Virus record (IMG/VR): IMGVR_UViG_3300034069_000595
Coordinates: 27,478-91,477 of that record
Length of the DNA stretch: 64,000 bases
Strand: one strand, 5' to 3'
DNA from: a virus
A program made the translations under genes and the position numbers. Shown here piece by piece: positions 17,202 through 25,911 of the stretch. The notes beneath the pieces were generated by a model. That model had not been told where the DNA came from, did not search any database, and saw nothing but the letters and a program-made list of their open reading frames with translations. Within the stretch, counting starts at the first letter, position 1. Each line of letters begins with the position of its first letter.

Positions 17202-17837
17202 ATGAGACTTAATCCAGGACACTTCAACCGCTTTCTCGGCAACATCGGCCAGCAGTTCCTATGGCGACGCGCCTACTCCTGCTCATGCTTCAATCCCGCA
17301 TCAGGAGCACCTGACACGAAGTGCACCTTCTGCCTTGGCAAGGGGCACCAGTGGGTTGAGCCCCTTCAGGCCTCTGCCGCATCGGCAGGGCAGAAGACGC
17401 AGGTCGCTTGGGCGCAGATGGGGCTGTACGAGCAGGGCGACATGGTCCTGACGGTTCCGGAGAATTCGCCGCTTTGGGATGCTGGCCAGTTCGACCGCGT
17501 GACCATGCTGAATGCTACCGATCGCTTCTCGATGCCGTTGACCCGTGGCGCTCCTACCGAAAAGGTCATGTTCACGGTCAAGAAAATCGATCGAGTGTTC
17601 TGGATTAATCAGAGCACGAAGTCGATCGTCGAGGGAGGCATTCCAACCATTGACGCGAACGGTCGCCCTGTGTGGACTGCAGGTGAACCGCCGCCAGGTA
17701 TGTCCTATTCGATATCAGGAACGCGCCTGTCGGAATATTTCATCTACATGGACCTGCCACGGAACCGGAACATGCACGATGGGGCGCGCCTGCCGAAACT
17801 GACGGTGCTGCGTCGCTGGGATCTGCTGGGGCGTTAG
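17202..17837 (+). CDS. Putative head-closure/neck protein
   Basis: WRRAYSCSC...CTFCLGKG metal motif; position. Confidence 0.5.
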   Translation: MRLNPGHFNRFLGNIGQQFLWRRAYSCSCFNPASGAPDTKCTFCLGKGHQWVEPLQASAASAGQKTQVAWAQMGLYEQGDMVLTVPENSPLWDAGQFDRVTMLNATDRFSMPLTRGAPTEKVMFTVKKIDRVFWINQSTKSIVEGGIPTIDANGRPVWTAGEPPPGMSYSISGTRLSEYFIYMDLPRNRNMHDGARLPKLTVLRRWDLLGR

Positions 17838-18691
17838 GACTTCTTCGCCAGCGTCCGCTTGATCGCCTCGGCGAAAGCGGCGTTGGCCTTGGGTTGGATG
17901 GCGTCTACGGTCTTCTTCGCCAGGAACAGGCCTGGCTGCGGAGGGATAACCCAGCCGGCCGAGCCCTCGATCATGATCCGGAACGTCAGGAACGCCGAGG
18001 ACTTCGCGCCACCTGGTGTGCTGGTGTCGAAGCGGTGCATGCCGGCCGCCCACTTCCGCGCCGCAGGGCTGATGCCCGCCTCCTTCATCGCGGTCTTCTT
18101 CAGCCGATCGCCCCACGCGTAGTTGTTCTTCGGCACCATCAGCGCCTGCTTCGTTTTCGGGTTCGACAAGAACGGCGTTTGGCTTTTGGACGGCGACATG
18201 CCCGACGTAGGCGACAGGTGGGTCACCTCTCCGCTCGGACGCTCACCCTGGCCGAGGATGGTCGAGGCGTTCAGCTCGGAGGCCATGCCGTAGACCCCGG
18301 CGTCTTCGAGCTTCTTCACGTTGTGGCGCATCGGGATCACCAGGAACCGGCGCCCGTCCTCTGTCCTTCGCACCTTCACGCTCGTGCCGAGCATCTTCTT
18401 GAGGTCGCGCGCCGGCCTGCCGCTCTCGATCTCCTGCGCGTAGCGGTAGTCCGACTCCACCAACGCGGTGAAATCGCCCGTCATCGACCACTTGATCGTT
18501 TTGGCGTAGGCGTCCTTTTCGCCCGACCAGAGCTTCGCCTGGTAGACGTTCGCCTGCCAGTTCGAGGCCGTTTGAGCGGCAACAGCCCTCACCGCCTGAT
18601 TGAGCAGCGGGAAGACTTGCTTGTTCACAATGCCTTGGACGTCGAGCGTGCTGCCGAGGTCAAAGCTGAATTTGATATTGAGGTCTGCCAT
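17834..18691 (-). CDS. Putative neck/tail-completion protein on the opposite strand
   Basis: Natural-looking ORF (YAQEIESG...DLKKML, RFLVIP); own late motif; position among neck genes. Confidence 0.6.
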   Translation of the reverse strand: MADLNIKFSFDLGSTLDVQGIVNKQVFPLLNQAVRAVAAQTASNWQANVYQAKLWSGEKDAYAKTIKWSMTGDFTALVESDYRYAQEIESGRPARDLKKMLGTSVKVRRTEDGRRFLVIPMRHNVKKLEDAGVYGMASELNASTILGQGERPSGEVTHLSPTSGMSPSKSQTPFLSNPKTKQALMVPKNNYAWGDRLKKTAMKEAGISPAARKWAAGMHRFDTSTPGGAKSSAFLTFRIMIEGSAGWVIPPQPGLFLAKKTVDAIQPKANAAFAEAIKRTLAKKS

Positions 18692-18698
18692 ACCATCC

Positions 18699-18746
18699 AG
18701 CATCGCGTCACGAGGGAGCGCCGACAAACCGTCGTGACGCCATCAT
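18699..18746. promoter_or_regulatory. Back-to-back divergent late promoters
   Basis: CTCGTGAC-GCG-A-TGC-T (minus, 18699-18714) and GTCGTGAC-GCC-A-TCA-T (plus, 18731-18746). Confidence 0.75.
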
Positions 18747-18752
18747 CGGCGC

Positions 18753-19577
18753 ATGATCTCAATTATCCGGCCGCTTCCGATCGGCAACGCGCTTCGAATC
18801 TTCGTCGAGCCCCCAGCAGGCGCGAAGTATTGGCGCGTCCTGCGCAAAGCCTCCGACACATTCGATGGTGGTCCGGACGATGACTACGCCCTGAAGGTCT
18901 ACGAGGGCGATGAGAAGTCGTTCGTGGATGCCGCCTCGCTGCCGAATGAGCAGATGGCGTTCTACAAGCCGTTCTACCGGATCGGCTCGGCATGGGTTCC
19001 TGGCGAAACAGGCTATGGAACGCCGGCCTCCACCTTCGAAGACCACAGCACAGATGTGATCGCCATTCTGCGCAGTCGCCTTGAGGCTGGCATGCGGGTC
19101 GAGTGTGAGCGCGGCAACTTCGCAACCGAGCTGGGCTACATCCAGGTGTTCACCGCGCCCCCCTCGCTGGGCAACGTCGAGCTGCCGGTAGTCACCGTCG
19201 AGCTGGACCATGCCGGCCCCGGCGATCGCGCGATCGGTGAGGACATCATCGGAGATGAGTTCGACGATGACGGCTGGATGGATTCCGAAGGCTGGCTGGA
19301 GAACGTCACCGCCACCATCGTGGCCTGGTCGCTGAACAGCGATGAGCGCATCGAGCTGAGAAAGGCGTTGCGCCGCATCCTTCTGGCGAATCTGCCGGTC
19401 CTCAATGACGCTGGTGTCCAGCAAGTAAGCTTCAGCTTTACAGATATGAATGCAGTCGGCGGCGAGTTTGACGCCCCGATGTACCAGGTCATCTGCAATT
19501 TCTCATGTATCGCACCAGCTCGCGTCAGTGGCCGCGTCGGTTCGATCGAGGATGTCGAGGTCACCGTTCGCGACTGA
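18753..19577 (+). CDS. Putative tail terminator / tail completion protein
   Basis: Position before the sheath; LPVVTVEL..., SLNSDERIELR pattern. Confidence 0.5.
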   Translation: MISIIRPLPIGNALRIFVEPPAGAKYWRVLRKASDTFDGGPDDDYALKVYEGDEKSFVDAASLPNEQMAFYKPFYRIGSAWVPGETGYGTPASTFEDHSTDVIAILRSRLEAGMRVECERGNFATELGYIQVFTAPPSLGNVELPVVTVELDHAGPGDRAIGEDIIGDEFDDDGWMDSEGWLENVTATIVAWSLNSDERIELRKALRRILLANLPVLNDAGVQQVSFSFTDMNAVGGEFDAPMYQVICNFSCIAPARVSGRVGSIEDVEVTVRD

Positions 19578-19628
19578 TCTCAACGTAACCCCGCCAGTGC
19601 GGCGGACAGCTTCAACAAAGGACCAATC

Positions 19629-19946
19629 ATGGCAACCACAAGCAACAAAGCAAGCAAGACGGCTGATGAATCGACAGAGGTTGCCGAAACTTCCTCCGCC
19701 GCACCGCTCGTCGAACAACCTCCACTCACTACTGCCGAGGACCAATCGATGTCGGCGAGTCCAGTGCAATCCGCGGTGCAGATCACCCTGCAGGAGTTCA
19801 TGCAGAAGCTTTCGCAGCGCGATAACCGTGTCGAATTGATCAACGGTTTCTACTTCACCGAACGTCAGCGTGGAACGATCAAGGACTACGAGTCCAACTT
19901 CCAGGCCCGGTTCATTGAGTTCACTCAACTCGTCATCGAGGACTAA
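19629..19946 (+). CDS. Small tail-associated protein
   Basis: AAAGGA RBS; disordered N-terminus and compact C-terminus; directly before the sheath. Confidence 0.6.
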   Translation: MATTSNKASKTADESTEVAETSSAAPLVEQPPLTTAEDQSMSASPVQSAVQITLQEFMQKLSQRDNRVELINGFYFTERQRGTIKDYESNFQARFIEFTQLVIED

Positions 19947-19951
19947 CAACG

Positions 19952-21670
19952 ATGTCCTATTTCTTCAACGGGCGGCTCTACACCACCCCAACGACCATGT
20001 CGAAGGTCGATGACTCTGCGTTGCAGAGCGCAAACCTCGGCGTTGGCAACTTCGCGGCCTTCGTTGGCAGCGCGACTGGCGGAAAGCCTAATACCGAACT
20101 GGCGTTCAGCTCGCCAGCTGAGGCGAAGGCGGTCCTGCGCAGCGGTCCGCTGCTGGATGCGATCACCAAGGCATTTGCGCCGAGCGCCGACACTGGCGGC
20201 CCGACCACCGTTTACGGTGTGCGCGTCAACCCTGCGCTCCAGGCTTCCCTCGTGCTGTCTGACGCAAACAGCAGCCCGTCGATCAACCTGCTGTCCACCG
20301 ACTACGGGCTCTGGACCAATCAGATCAAGATCAAGATCGAAGCTGGCACCGACGTAGGCCTGGCTGTCACCACCCAGTACCAGAGCGATTATTACAGCCA
20401 GGATAACATCGCCCGCGATGCACTCTCGGTGCAGTATGGCGGTGCGGCTGCGACTGCCACCATGTCCGTAACCGGCACCAGCATCGTGCTGCAGGCTCCG
20501 AGCGGTAGCACCGTCGCCACGGTAGATCTGAACGTCTACTCCACCTACTCGCAGGTGGTCGACTACATCAACACCGTGGCTGGCTTCTCCGCCATGATCG
20601 TTGATTCGCAGAACAGCGAGCTGGCGTCGCTGAATGGCTTGGACTTCCTGACCTCTGCGGACGTTAAGACCAACCCGGTCACCGTCACTGCGAACCTGCA
20701 AGCGGTCATCGACTGGTTCAACTCCACTGGCGAAGGCTTCGTCACGGCTGCGCGCGCGGCGGGTGCAGGTGCCATCCCAGCTCAGACCTCGCTCGTTTAT
20801 CTGAGCGGCGGCTCTGACGGTGTTACCAGCACCCCCGAGTGGTCTGCGGCCTTCAACACGCTCCAGTCCATCGACGCGCAGTGGATCTGCCCCGTCAGCA
20901 GCAACGCGGCGATCTGGGCCATGGCCGACTCGCACGTGCAGTTCATGTCTGGCGTAGGTCGCATGGAGCGCCGAGCGATCGTGGGCACGCCTGTCGGCAC
21001 CACTGACGCGGCTGCAATCGCGTTCGCCAAATCGTTGAACAGCGATCGCACCTCGCTCGTGCACCTCGGGTACTACGACTACAACGCAGCTGGGAAGCTG
21101 GTGCTGTTCGCCCCGATGTACATGGCAGCCCTGCTGACCGGCATGTTCTCCGGCGTCAACCCGGGCACCGCGCTGAGCAACAAAACGATCAGCGTCAGCG
21201 GCCTGGAACGCAAGCTGCGCAACCCGACCGACACCGATGCCCTGATCCGCGGCGGCGTGCTCTGCATCGAGGACACCAAAACCGGCTACAAGGTCGTTCA
21301 GTCGATCAGCACCTGGCTCAAGGACAAGAAGTTCAACAAGGTCGAGCAATCCTGCGGCTGGGCAACGGACTACACCGCCCGGATCGTTCGCGAAGCGCTG
21401 GATATCTTGCGCGGCGAGAAGAACAACCAGGTCAACATTGGTCGCGCCGCGAGCATTACCGAAACCGCCCTGAAGGCCCTGTCCGTTTCGGAGCCTGCTG
21501 GTCCAGGTGTGCTGGCCGGTGACAAGGACAACCCTCCGTTCAAGGGCATCACCGTGACCGCAAATGGCGACGTGCTCGCCGTGGCGTTCCAGTGCTCTCC
21601 GGTCATTCCTATCAACTACATCCCTGTGTCGATCTCGCTTCAGATCTTCACCGGCACTGCCTCGGCATAA
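19952..21670 (+). CDS. Contractile tail sheath protein
   Basis: GGKPNT...AK..LRSGPLLDAI resembles the phage K-type sheath; C-terminal sheath domain. Confidence 0.9.
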   Translation: MSYFFNGRLYTTPTTMSKVDDSALQSANLGVGNFAAFVGSATGGKPNTELAFSSPAEAKAVLRSGPLLDAITKAFAPSADTGGPTTVYGVRVNPALQASLVLSDANSSPSINLLSTDYGLWTNQIKIKIEAGTDVGLAVTTQYQSDYYSQDNIARDALSVQYGGAAATATMSVTGTSIVLQAPSGSTVATVDLNVYSTYSQVVDYINTVAGFSAMIVDSQNSELASLNGLDFLTSADVKTNPVTVTANLQAVIDWFNSTGEGFVTAARAAGAGAIPAQTSLVYLSGGSDGVTSTPEWSAAFNTLQSIDAQWICPVSSNAAIWAMADSHVQFMSGVGRMERRAIVGTPVGTTDAAAIAFAKSLNSDRTSLVHLGYYDYNAAGKLVLFAPMYMAALLTGMFSGVNPGTALSNKTISVSGLERKLRNPTDTDALIRGGVLCIEDTKTGYKVVQSISTWLKDKKFNKVEQSCGWATDYTARIVREALDILRGEKNNQVNIGRAASITETALKALSVSEPAGPGVLAGDKDNPPFKGITVTANGDVLAVAFQCSPVIPINYIPVSISLQIFTGTASA

Positions 21671-21683
21671 GGAGGGGTAGACC

Positions 21684-22106
21684 ATGAGACAAAATCGCAA
21701 GGTCAAGAGCGGCAACCGGATCGTCATCACTTACGATGGCTTTCAGGTTGGCCTGATCCAGTCGGTTCGCATGAACGACGACTACTCGCCAGAGCCGGCA
21801 TCGGGCATCGGTGACATCCATGTCGCCGAGTGGGTGCCGACCATGGCGCGTCACAGCCTGACCGTCAGCCGCATGATTCTGGAATCCGACAAGATGCGCG
21901 AGCGTGGCATCATGTCGGAGAACGGCGACGCGGTCCTGGAAGGCCTGGTGTTCGACATCGAGACCTACTCCAAGGACGACGGCACTCTGCTGCGCAAGTA
22001 CGTCGGCTGCTCCTACGCATCCGGCGACCTGGAAGTGTCCAAGCATCAGATCCTGATGGGTTCCGGGCAGTTCAACGCACTGGATGTGAGCGGCGGCGGC
22101 GCTTAA
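21684..22106 (+). CDS. Tail tube protein
   Basis: 140 aa after the sheath; KSGNRIVI...VGLIQS...GIGDIHVAEWV resembles the K-type tube. Confidence 0.85.
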   Translation: MRQNRKVKSGNRIVITYDGFQVGLIQSVRMNDDYSPEPASGIGDIHVAEWVPTMARHSLTVSRMILESDKMRERGIMSENGDAVLEGLVFDIETYSKDDGTLLRKYVGCSYASGDLEVSKHQILMGSGQFNALDVSGGGA

Positions 22107-22126
22107 CCGCCCCGACAGCAACACCG

Positions 22127-22168
22127 GAAAGCCCGCCTCGCGCGGGCTTTCTGTCGTGACGGGACAAT
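22127..22168 (+). promoter_or_regulatory. Terminator (22127-22151) directly followed by late promoter motif (22153-22168)
   Basis: gaaagcccgc-ctcgc-gcgggctttc then GTCGTGAC-GGG-A-CAA-T. Confidence 0.75.
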
Positions 22169-22203
22169 GGCTGAACAAGCCCATTCCCTGACCGAGAGCT
22201 GTT

Positions 22204-22587
22204 ATGACCAACGAGCAACGCGAGCTTCGCGCCCCCTCAACCTCCGACTTCCATCTCGACGTTGAGGGCGTCGGCACCTTCGTTTTCGCTCGGCGCACCA
22301 TGCGCGACGAGCTGCGGATCTCCGCCGAATACTCCCGCCTGACAGAGGGCGTGCTGACCCCGACCCCTTACCTCGACACCGTTGCCGGCTGGATGGCGAC
22401 GCTGAAGGTGCTGACCGTCAAGTGCCCGCACAACTGGGATCCAGAGACCATGGACCCGTTTGATACGGACACCGAGGAGAAAATCCTTAAGGTCTACGGT
22501 GCACTCCGCGTCAAGGAGGGCTCTTTTCGCAAAAAACCGCAAGTGGACAGCCAAGCAGAACGGCCGGGAACTGTCCCAGACGCTTAG
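22204..22587 (+). CDS. Tail assembly chaperone (G-like)
   Basis: Position between the tube and tape measure genes. Confidence 0.75.
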   Translation: MTNEQRELRAPSTSDFHLDVEGVGTFVFARRTMRDELRISAEYSRLTEGVLTPTPYLDTVAGWMATLKVLTVKCPHNWDPETMDPFDTDTEEKILKVYGALRVKEGSFRKKPQVDSQAERPGTVPDA

Positions 22588-22864
22588 CTTTTGGTACCGG
22601 CGAAAGTACAACTTGCCGCCGAATGACCCGGGCTTTTTGGACCTCACGCTCGAAGAAATCGAGACCGAGTATTGGGCAATCCACTACTTCGAGGAAGAAC
22701 CCGGCAAGAGTGAAGAATTCGAGGACGATGATTTCGACATGGATGCGGAGATCGCCGCAATCGAAGCAAGAGCCCTGGAAAAAGAACGCCAACGCGAGGC
22801 TGAGCAAGGCCCGCCGGACCCGGGTGACTGGGAAGACATCGAGAACGAGCAGCCCACGACATGA
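22526..22864 (+). CDS. Frameshift extension of the tail chaperone (GT-like), +1 frame
   Basis: Conserved-looking FWYRRKYNLPPNDP segment with no nearby start codon; overlaps the chaperone 3' end. Confidence 0.6.
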   Translation, partial: FAKNRKWTAKQNGRELSQTLSFWYRRKYNLPPNDPGFLDLTLEEIETEYWAIHYFEEEPGKSEEFEDDDFDMDAEIAAIEARALEKERQREAEQGPPDPGDWEDIENEQPTT

Positions 22865-25800
22865 CCGGCATCAAAATCCCCGTAAGCGCCGAGCTGAACC
22901 AGCAGGACATCCAGGCCCAGATCAAGCAGCTTGAGACCGCCCTGAATGACCTTGGCACAGTGGCCCAGAACGCAGGCAAGGTTCGGTTCTCGCCTATCAC
23001 GAAGACCACCGTCGACGACGTGAAGCGCATTCGGGCTGAGTTTGATGCCATGGTGCGCATGGCGCCTGGCCTGAAGCGTGCGCTTGAAGCGGGCGGGCAG
23101 GGCGGCAAAAAGTTCGACACCGTTGACTGGGGCAAGGTCTGGAGCGATCCGAACCAACGCGCTGGGCATGCGGCAACGATGCTGAAGCGCTTCAAGCCTG
23201 GCTCCGCTGAGATCCTTGTTCCGCCGGCTGAGAAGGTGCCTCCAACAACGCCTCCCACGCCTACGCCTTCTGGTGGGGGCGGTAGTCGTCGCCGCCGCCG
23301 TCGCCCGGCAAGCGAGGAGGGTGAAGACGATACCCCTCCAAGCGCTGGCGGTCGGTGGAAGCGGGCGGCCGCTGGCGGTATCGCCGGCATTGCAGGCGGC
23401 GTTGCCAGCCAGCTCGGCGGCGTTGCAGGCGGCGTTGCCACTGGCGCACTCTCAGGCGGCCTTGCGGGCGGCCCTATCGGCGCTGCGGTCGGCGGCCTTG
23501 CTGGTGCCATCACCAGCCTGCTGGGCTCCATTGGCGAGGCTCGGGACATCGCCATCAGCCTCGACACACTCAAGCGCACGCTCGGCGATACGAACGTGTC
23601 GTTCAGCAAGCTTCAGGACAACACGCATCGCCTGGCGGATGAGTTCAGCCTGACGGACGCTGAGGCCATTGGCCTGACCAAAAACTATTCCAACCTGTCG
23701 GGCCACGACAAGGATCTGCCCGGCCTGCGCGATGAGGTCGGCGTTGGTGTGGGCTTCTCCCGCTCGTTCGGTCTGGACCCTTCAGCCGGCGTCGGCTTCT
23801 TCGGGCAGATGCGCGGCATGGGCATCACCGGCAGCGCGGACGACAACAAGAAGCTCGCCCTGCTGATCGGCGAGAGCGTGGCTAAGGCCGGTGACCTGCC
23901 ACGGCTCGGTGACGTGCTGGCGGGTCTCACCCGCTATATGGAGGGCGCTGCACGGACCAGCCTGACCGCGCCGAACTCGGCTGCCTGGCTGTCGCGGTTC
24001 GCGGGCCTGGAGAAATCCGGCCTGGCGGGCATGGACCCCACCACGGCATCCAGCATCATCGGCAGCATCGACGGTTCGATCCGGCAGGGCGGCCTAAGCG
24101 AAGCCGGCAAGAACTTCATGTCCGGCGCCCTGCAAAAGGATCAGGGCCTGAACCCGATCCAGGCAGCCATCCAGCTGGAGGGCGGCGCGTTCGGCTCCGG
24201 TCGATCGACGTTCGGTCCTAACTCCCCGATGTCGCGCTTCTACTCCCGTTTCGGCGGTGGTTCGCCTCTCAGCTCGTGGTCGTCCGACGAGAGCAACGTC
24301 AGCGTGCTCCAGCGGAACCTGACCAAGCAGTACGGCAACAAGTCGCCTGACCTGATGCTGGATGCCTTCAAAAACACGTTCGGAACCAGCTACGGGCAGT
24401 CCGCTGCGTGGCTGGCGACCGACCCTGAGCAGAACGACAGCATGCTCAAGCGCATGCAGCGCCTGGGCCTGAACTGGAAGGACGTGAACGCCTCCGGTGT
24501 GTCGAAGCTCAGCCAGATCGAATCCGATGGCAGCCTGAGCGACGAGCAGAAGGACCAGATGGTCCGTGAGACCGCGTCCAAAAACCAGGAGGACACCATC
24601 GGCTCCGAGGCGCGCCGGGCATCCATTGACGGCAGCAACGCCATGGTGCGCCTGGCAGCTGAGGGCCTGCCGATGCTCAGCTCTATCCAGGCTGGCGTGC
24701 TGAAGCTTGCCGGTCTGGACCCAATGGGCCCGCAGAAGGCGAAGCTGAAGGAGGAGCACGAAGCAAACCTCCAGGCGATCGCAGCCGACCAGGGCGCGGT
24801 CCGTGACAAGGCTGTCGAGGCCTATAAGGCGATCACGCCATGGGCGAAGCGGGCAACCGGTCTCGGTCTGACCGAGGAGCAAGCCAAGGCCAAGGAGGCT
24901 GCCGATATCGCGGGCGGCAACCTGCGCACTGCCGAGCGGGCGGAGAACGACCGCTACGATACAGCCGTATCGGATCTCGACAAGAAAACCGGCCCTGCAC
25001 GCAGCCCGACGCCAGGCACCTCAACCAAGCCCCCGGAAGCTGCGCGCCAGATGGATAAGCAGCAGCAAAAGCTGCTGGCTGAAAACGACGCCAAGCATCA
25101 GACCGCCCTGAGCAAAATCAAGAGCGAACAGGGCGTTGCTATGGCGGAGGCGGTCCGCGACGCCTACAAGATCATGACCCCGGAGCAGCTTAAATCTGGC
25201 GGGCCGGATCTGTCCGATGACCAGCTGTTCGCAAAGGATCGGTTTGACGCGGCGAAGGACGACTACGACTCCGCGATCGCCGAGGCGAACGGCAGCTGGT
25301 CGTCCAAGCGCGAACAGCTGACAGCGCCGCCGTCTCCTGGAACGTCCAGCCAGCCAGTGGCGTCCGGCCTGCCTGGCAAGGCGAGTGGCGTAACCCCGGA
25401 ACTGCTCGCACGGGCGGCAGAGTCCGATCGCAAGGCCGGTCTACCCGAGGGCACGACTGCTGGGCTGATGATGCAGGAGAGTTCGTTCAACTCCGGCGCC
25501 GTCAGCAGCGCCGGAGCCCGCGGGCTGCACCAGCTCATGCCGGCGAACGTGAACACGTTCTCCCAGCGCGTTGGCCGCCGTCTCGACCCGACCAACACCG
25601 ATGATTCGTTCTACATGTACGACGAGCTGATGAAGGAGCGGAAGTCCAAGTACGGCGGCAACACCGACAAGATGCTGAAAAGCTACCACGGTGGCTATGA
25701 CGAGGATCAGTGGGGCCCGGTCAATGCCGACTACGTTCCGGCGATCGAGCGCCGCAAACGTGAGATGGCAGCAGCAGGCCAGACCGTGCAGCAAATGCAG

Positions 25801-25911
25801 CACAGCGTTGCGGTCGATGTCACCATGCGCGATCAATCCGGTAACCGCATCGAAGATGCGCAAATCAATACAACTGTCGGCAAGCCTGTCGCCAGTGGAG
25901 TACCCCAATGA
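22861..25911 (+). CDS. Tape measure protein with C-terminal lytic transglycosylase (SLT) domain
   Basis: 1016 aa, Ala/Gly-rich; MMQESSFN...GARGLHQLMP and SYHGG SLT motifs. Confidence 0.88.
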   Translation: MTGIKIPVSAELNQQDIQAQIKQLETALNDLGTVAQNAGKVRFSPITKTTVDDVKRIRAEFDAMVRMAPGLKRALEAGGQGGKKFDTVDWGKVWSDPNQRAGHAATMLKRFKPGSAEILVPPAEKVPPTTPPTPTPSGGGGSRRRRRRPASEEGEDDTPPSAGGRWKRAAAGGIAGIAGGVASQLGGVAGGVATGALSGGLAGGPIGAAVGGLAGAITSLLGSIGEARDIAISLDTLKRTLGDTNVSFSKLQDNTHRLADEFSLTDAEAIGLTKNYSNLSGHDKDLPGLRDEVGVGVGFSRSFGLDPSAGVGFFGQMRGMGITGSADDNKKLALLIGESVAKAGDLPRLGDVLAGLTRYMEGAARTSLTAPNSAAWLSRFAGLEKSGLAGMDPTTASSIIGSIDGSIRQGGLSEAGKNFMSGALQKDQGLNPIQAAIQLEGGAFGSGRSTFGPNSPMSRFYSRFGGGSPLSSWSSDESNVSVLQRNLTKQYGNKSPDLMLDAFKNTFGTSYGQSAAWLATDPEQNDSMLKRMQRLGLNWKDVNASGVSKLSQIESDGSLSDEQKDQMVRETASKNQEDTIGSEARRASIDGSNAMVRLAAEGLPMLSSIQAGVLKLAGLDPMGPQKAKLKEEHEANLQAIAADQGAVRDKAVEAYKAITPWAKRATGLGLTEEQAKAKEAADIAGGNLRTAERAENDRYDTAVSDLDKKTGPARSPTPGTSTKPPEAARQMDKQQQKLLAENDAKHQTALSKIKSEQGVAMAEAVRDAYKIMTPEQLKSGGPDLSDDQLFAKDRFDAAKDDYDSAIAEANGSWSSKREQLTAPPSPGTSSQPVASGLPGKASGVTPELLARAAESDRKAGLPEGTTAGLMMQESSFNSGAVSSAGARGLHQLMPANVNTFSQRVGRRLDPTNTDDSFYMYDELMKERKSKYGGNTDKMLKSYHGGYDEDQWGPVNADYVPAIERRKREMAAAGQTVQQMQHSVAVDVTMRDQSGNRIEDAQINTTVGKPVASGVPQ

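Noticed and set aside
22531-22537. Canonical -1 frameshift on AAA AAA C
   Set aside because: The -1 frame translates to non-protein-like sequence (…MTRAFWTSRSKK); the conserved-looking segment is in the +1/-2 frame.
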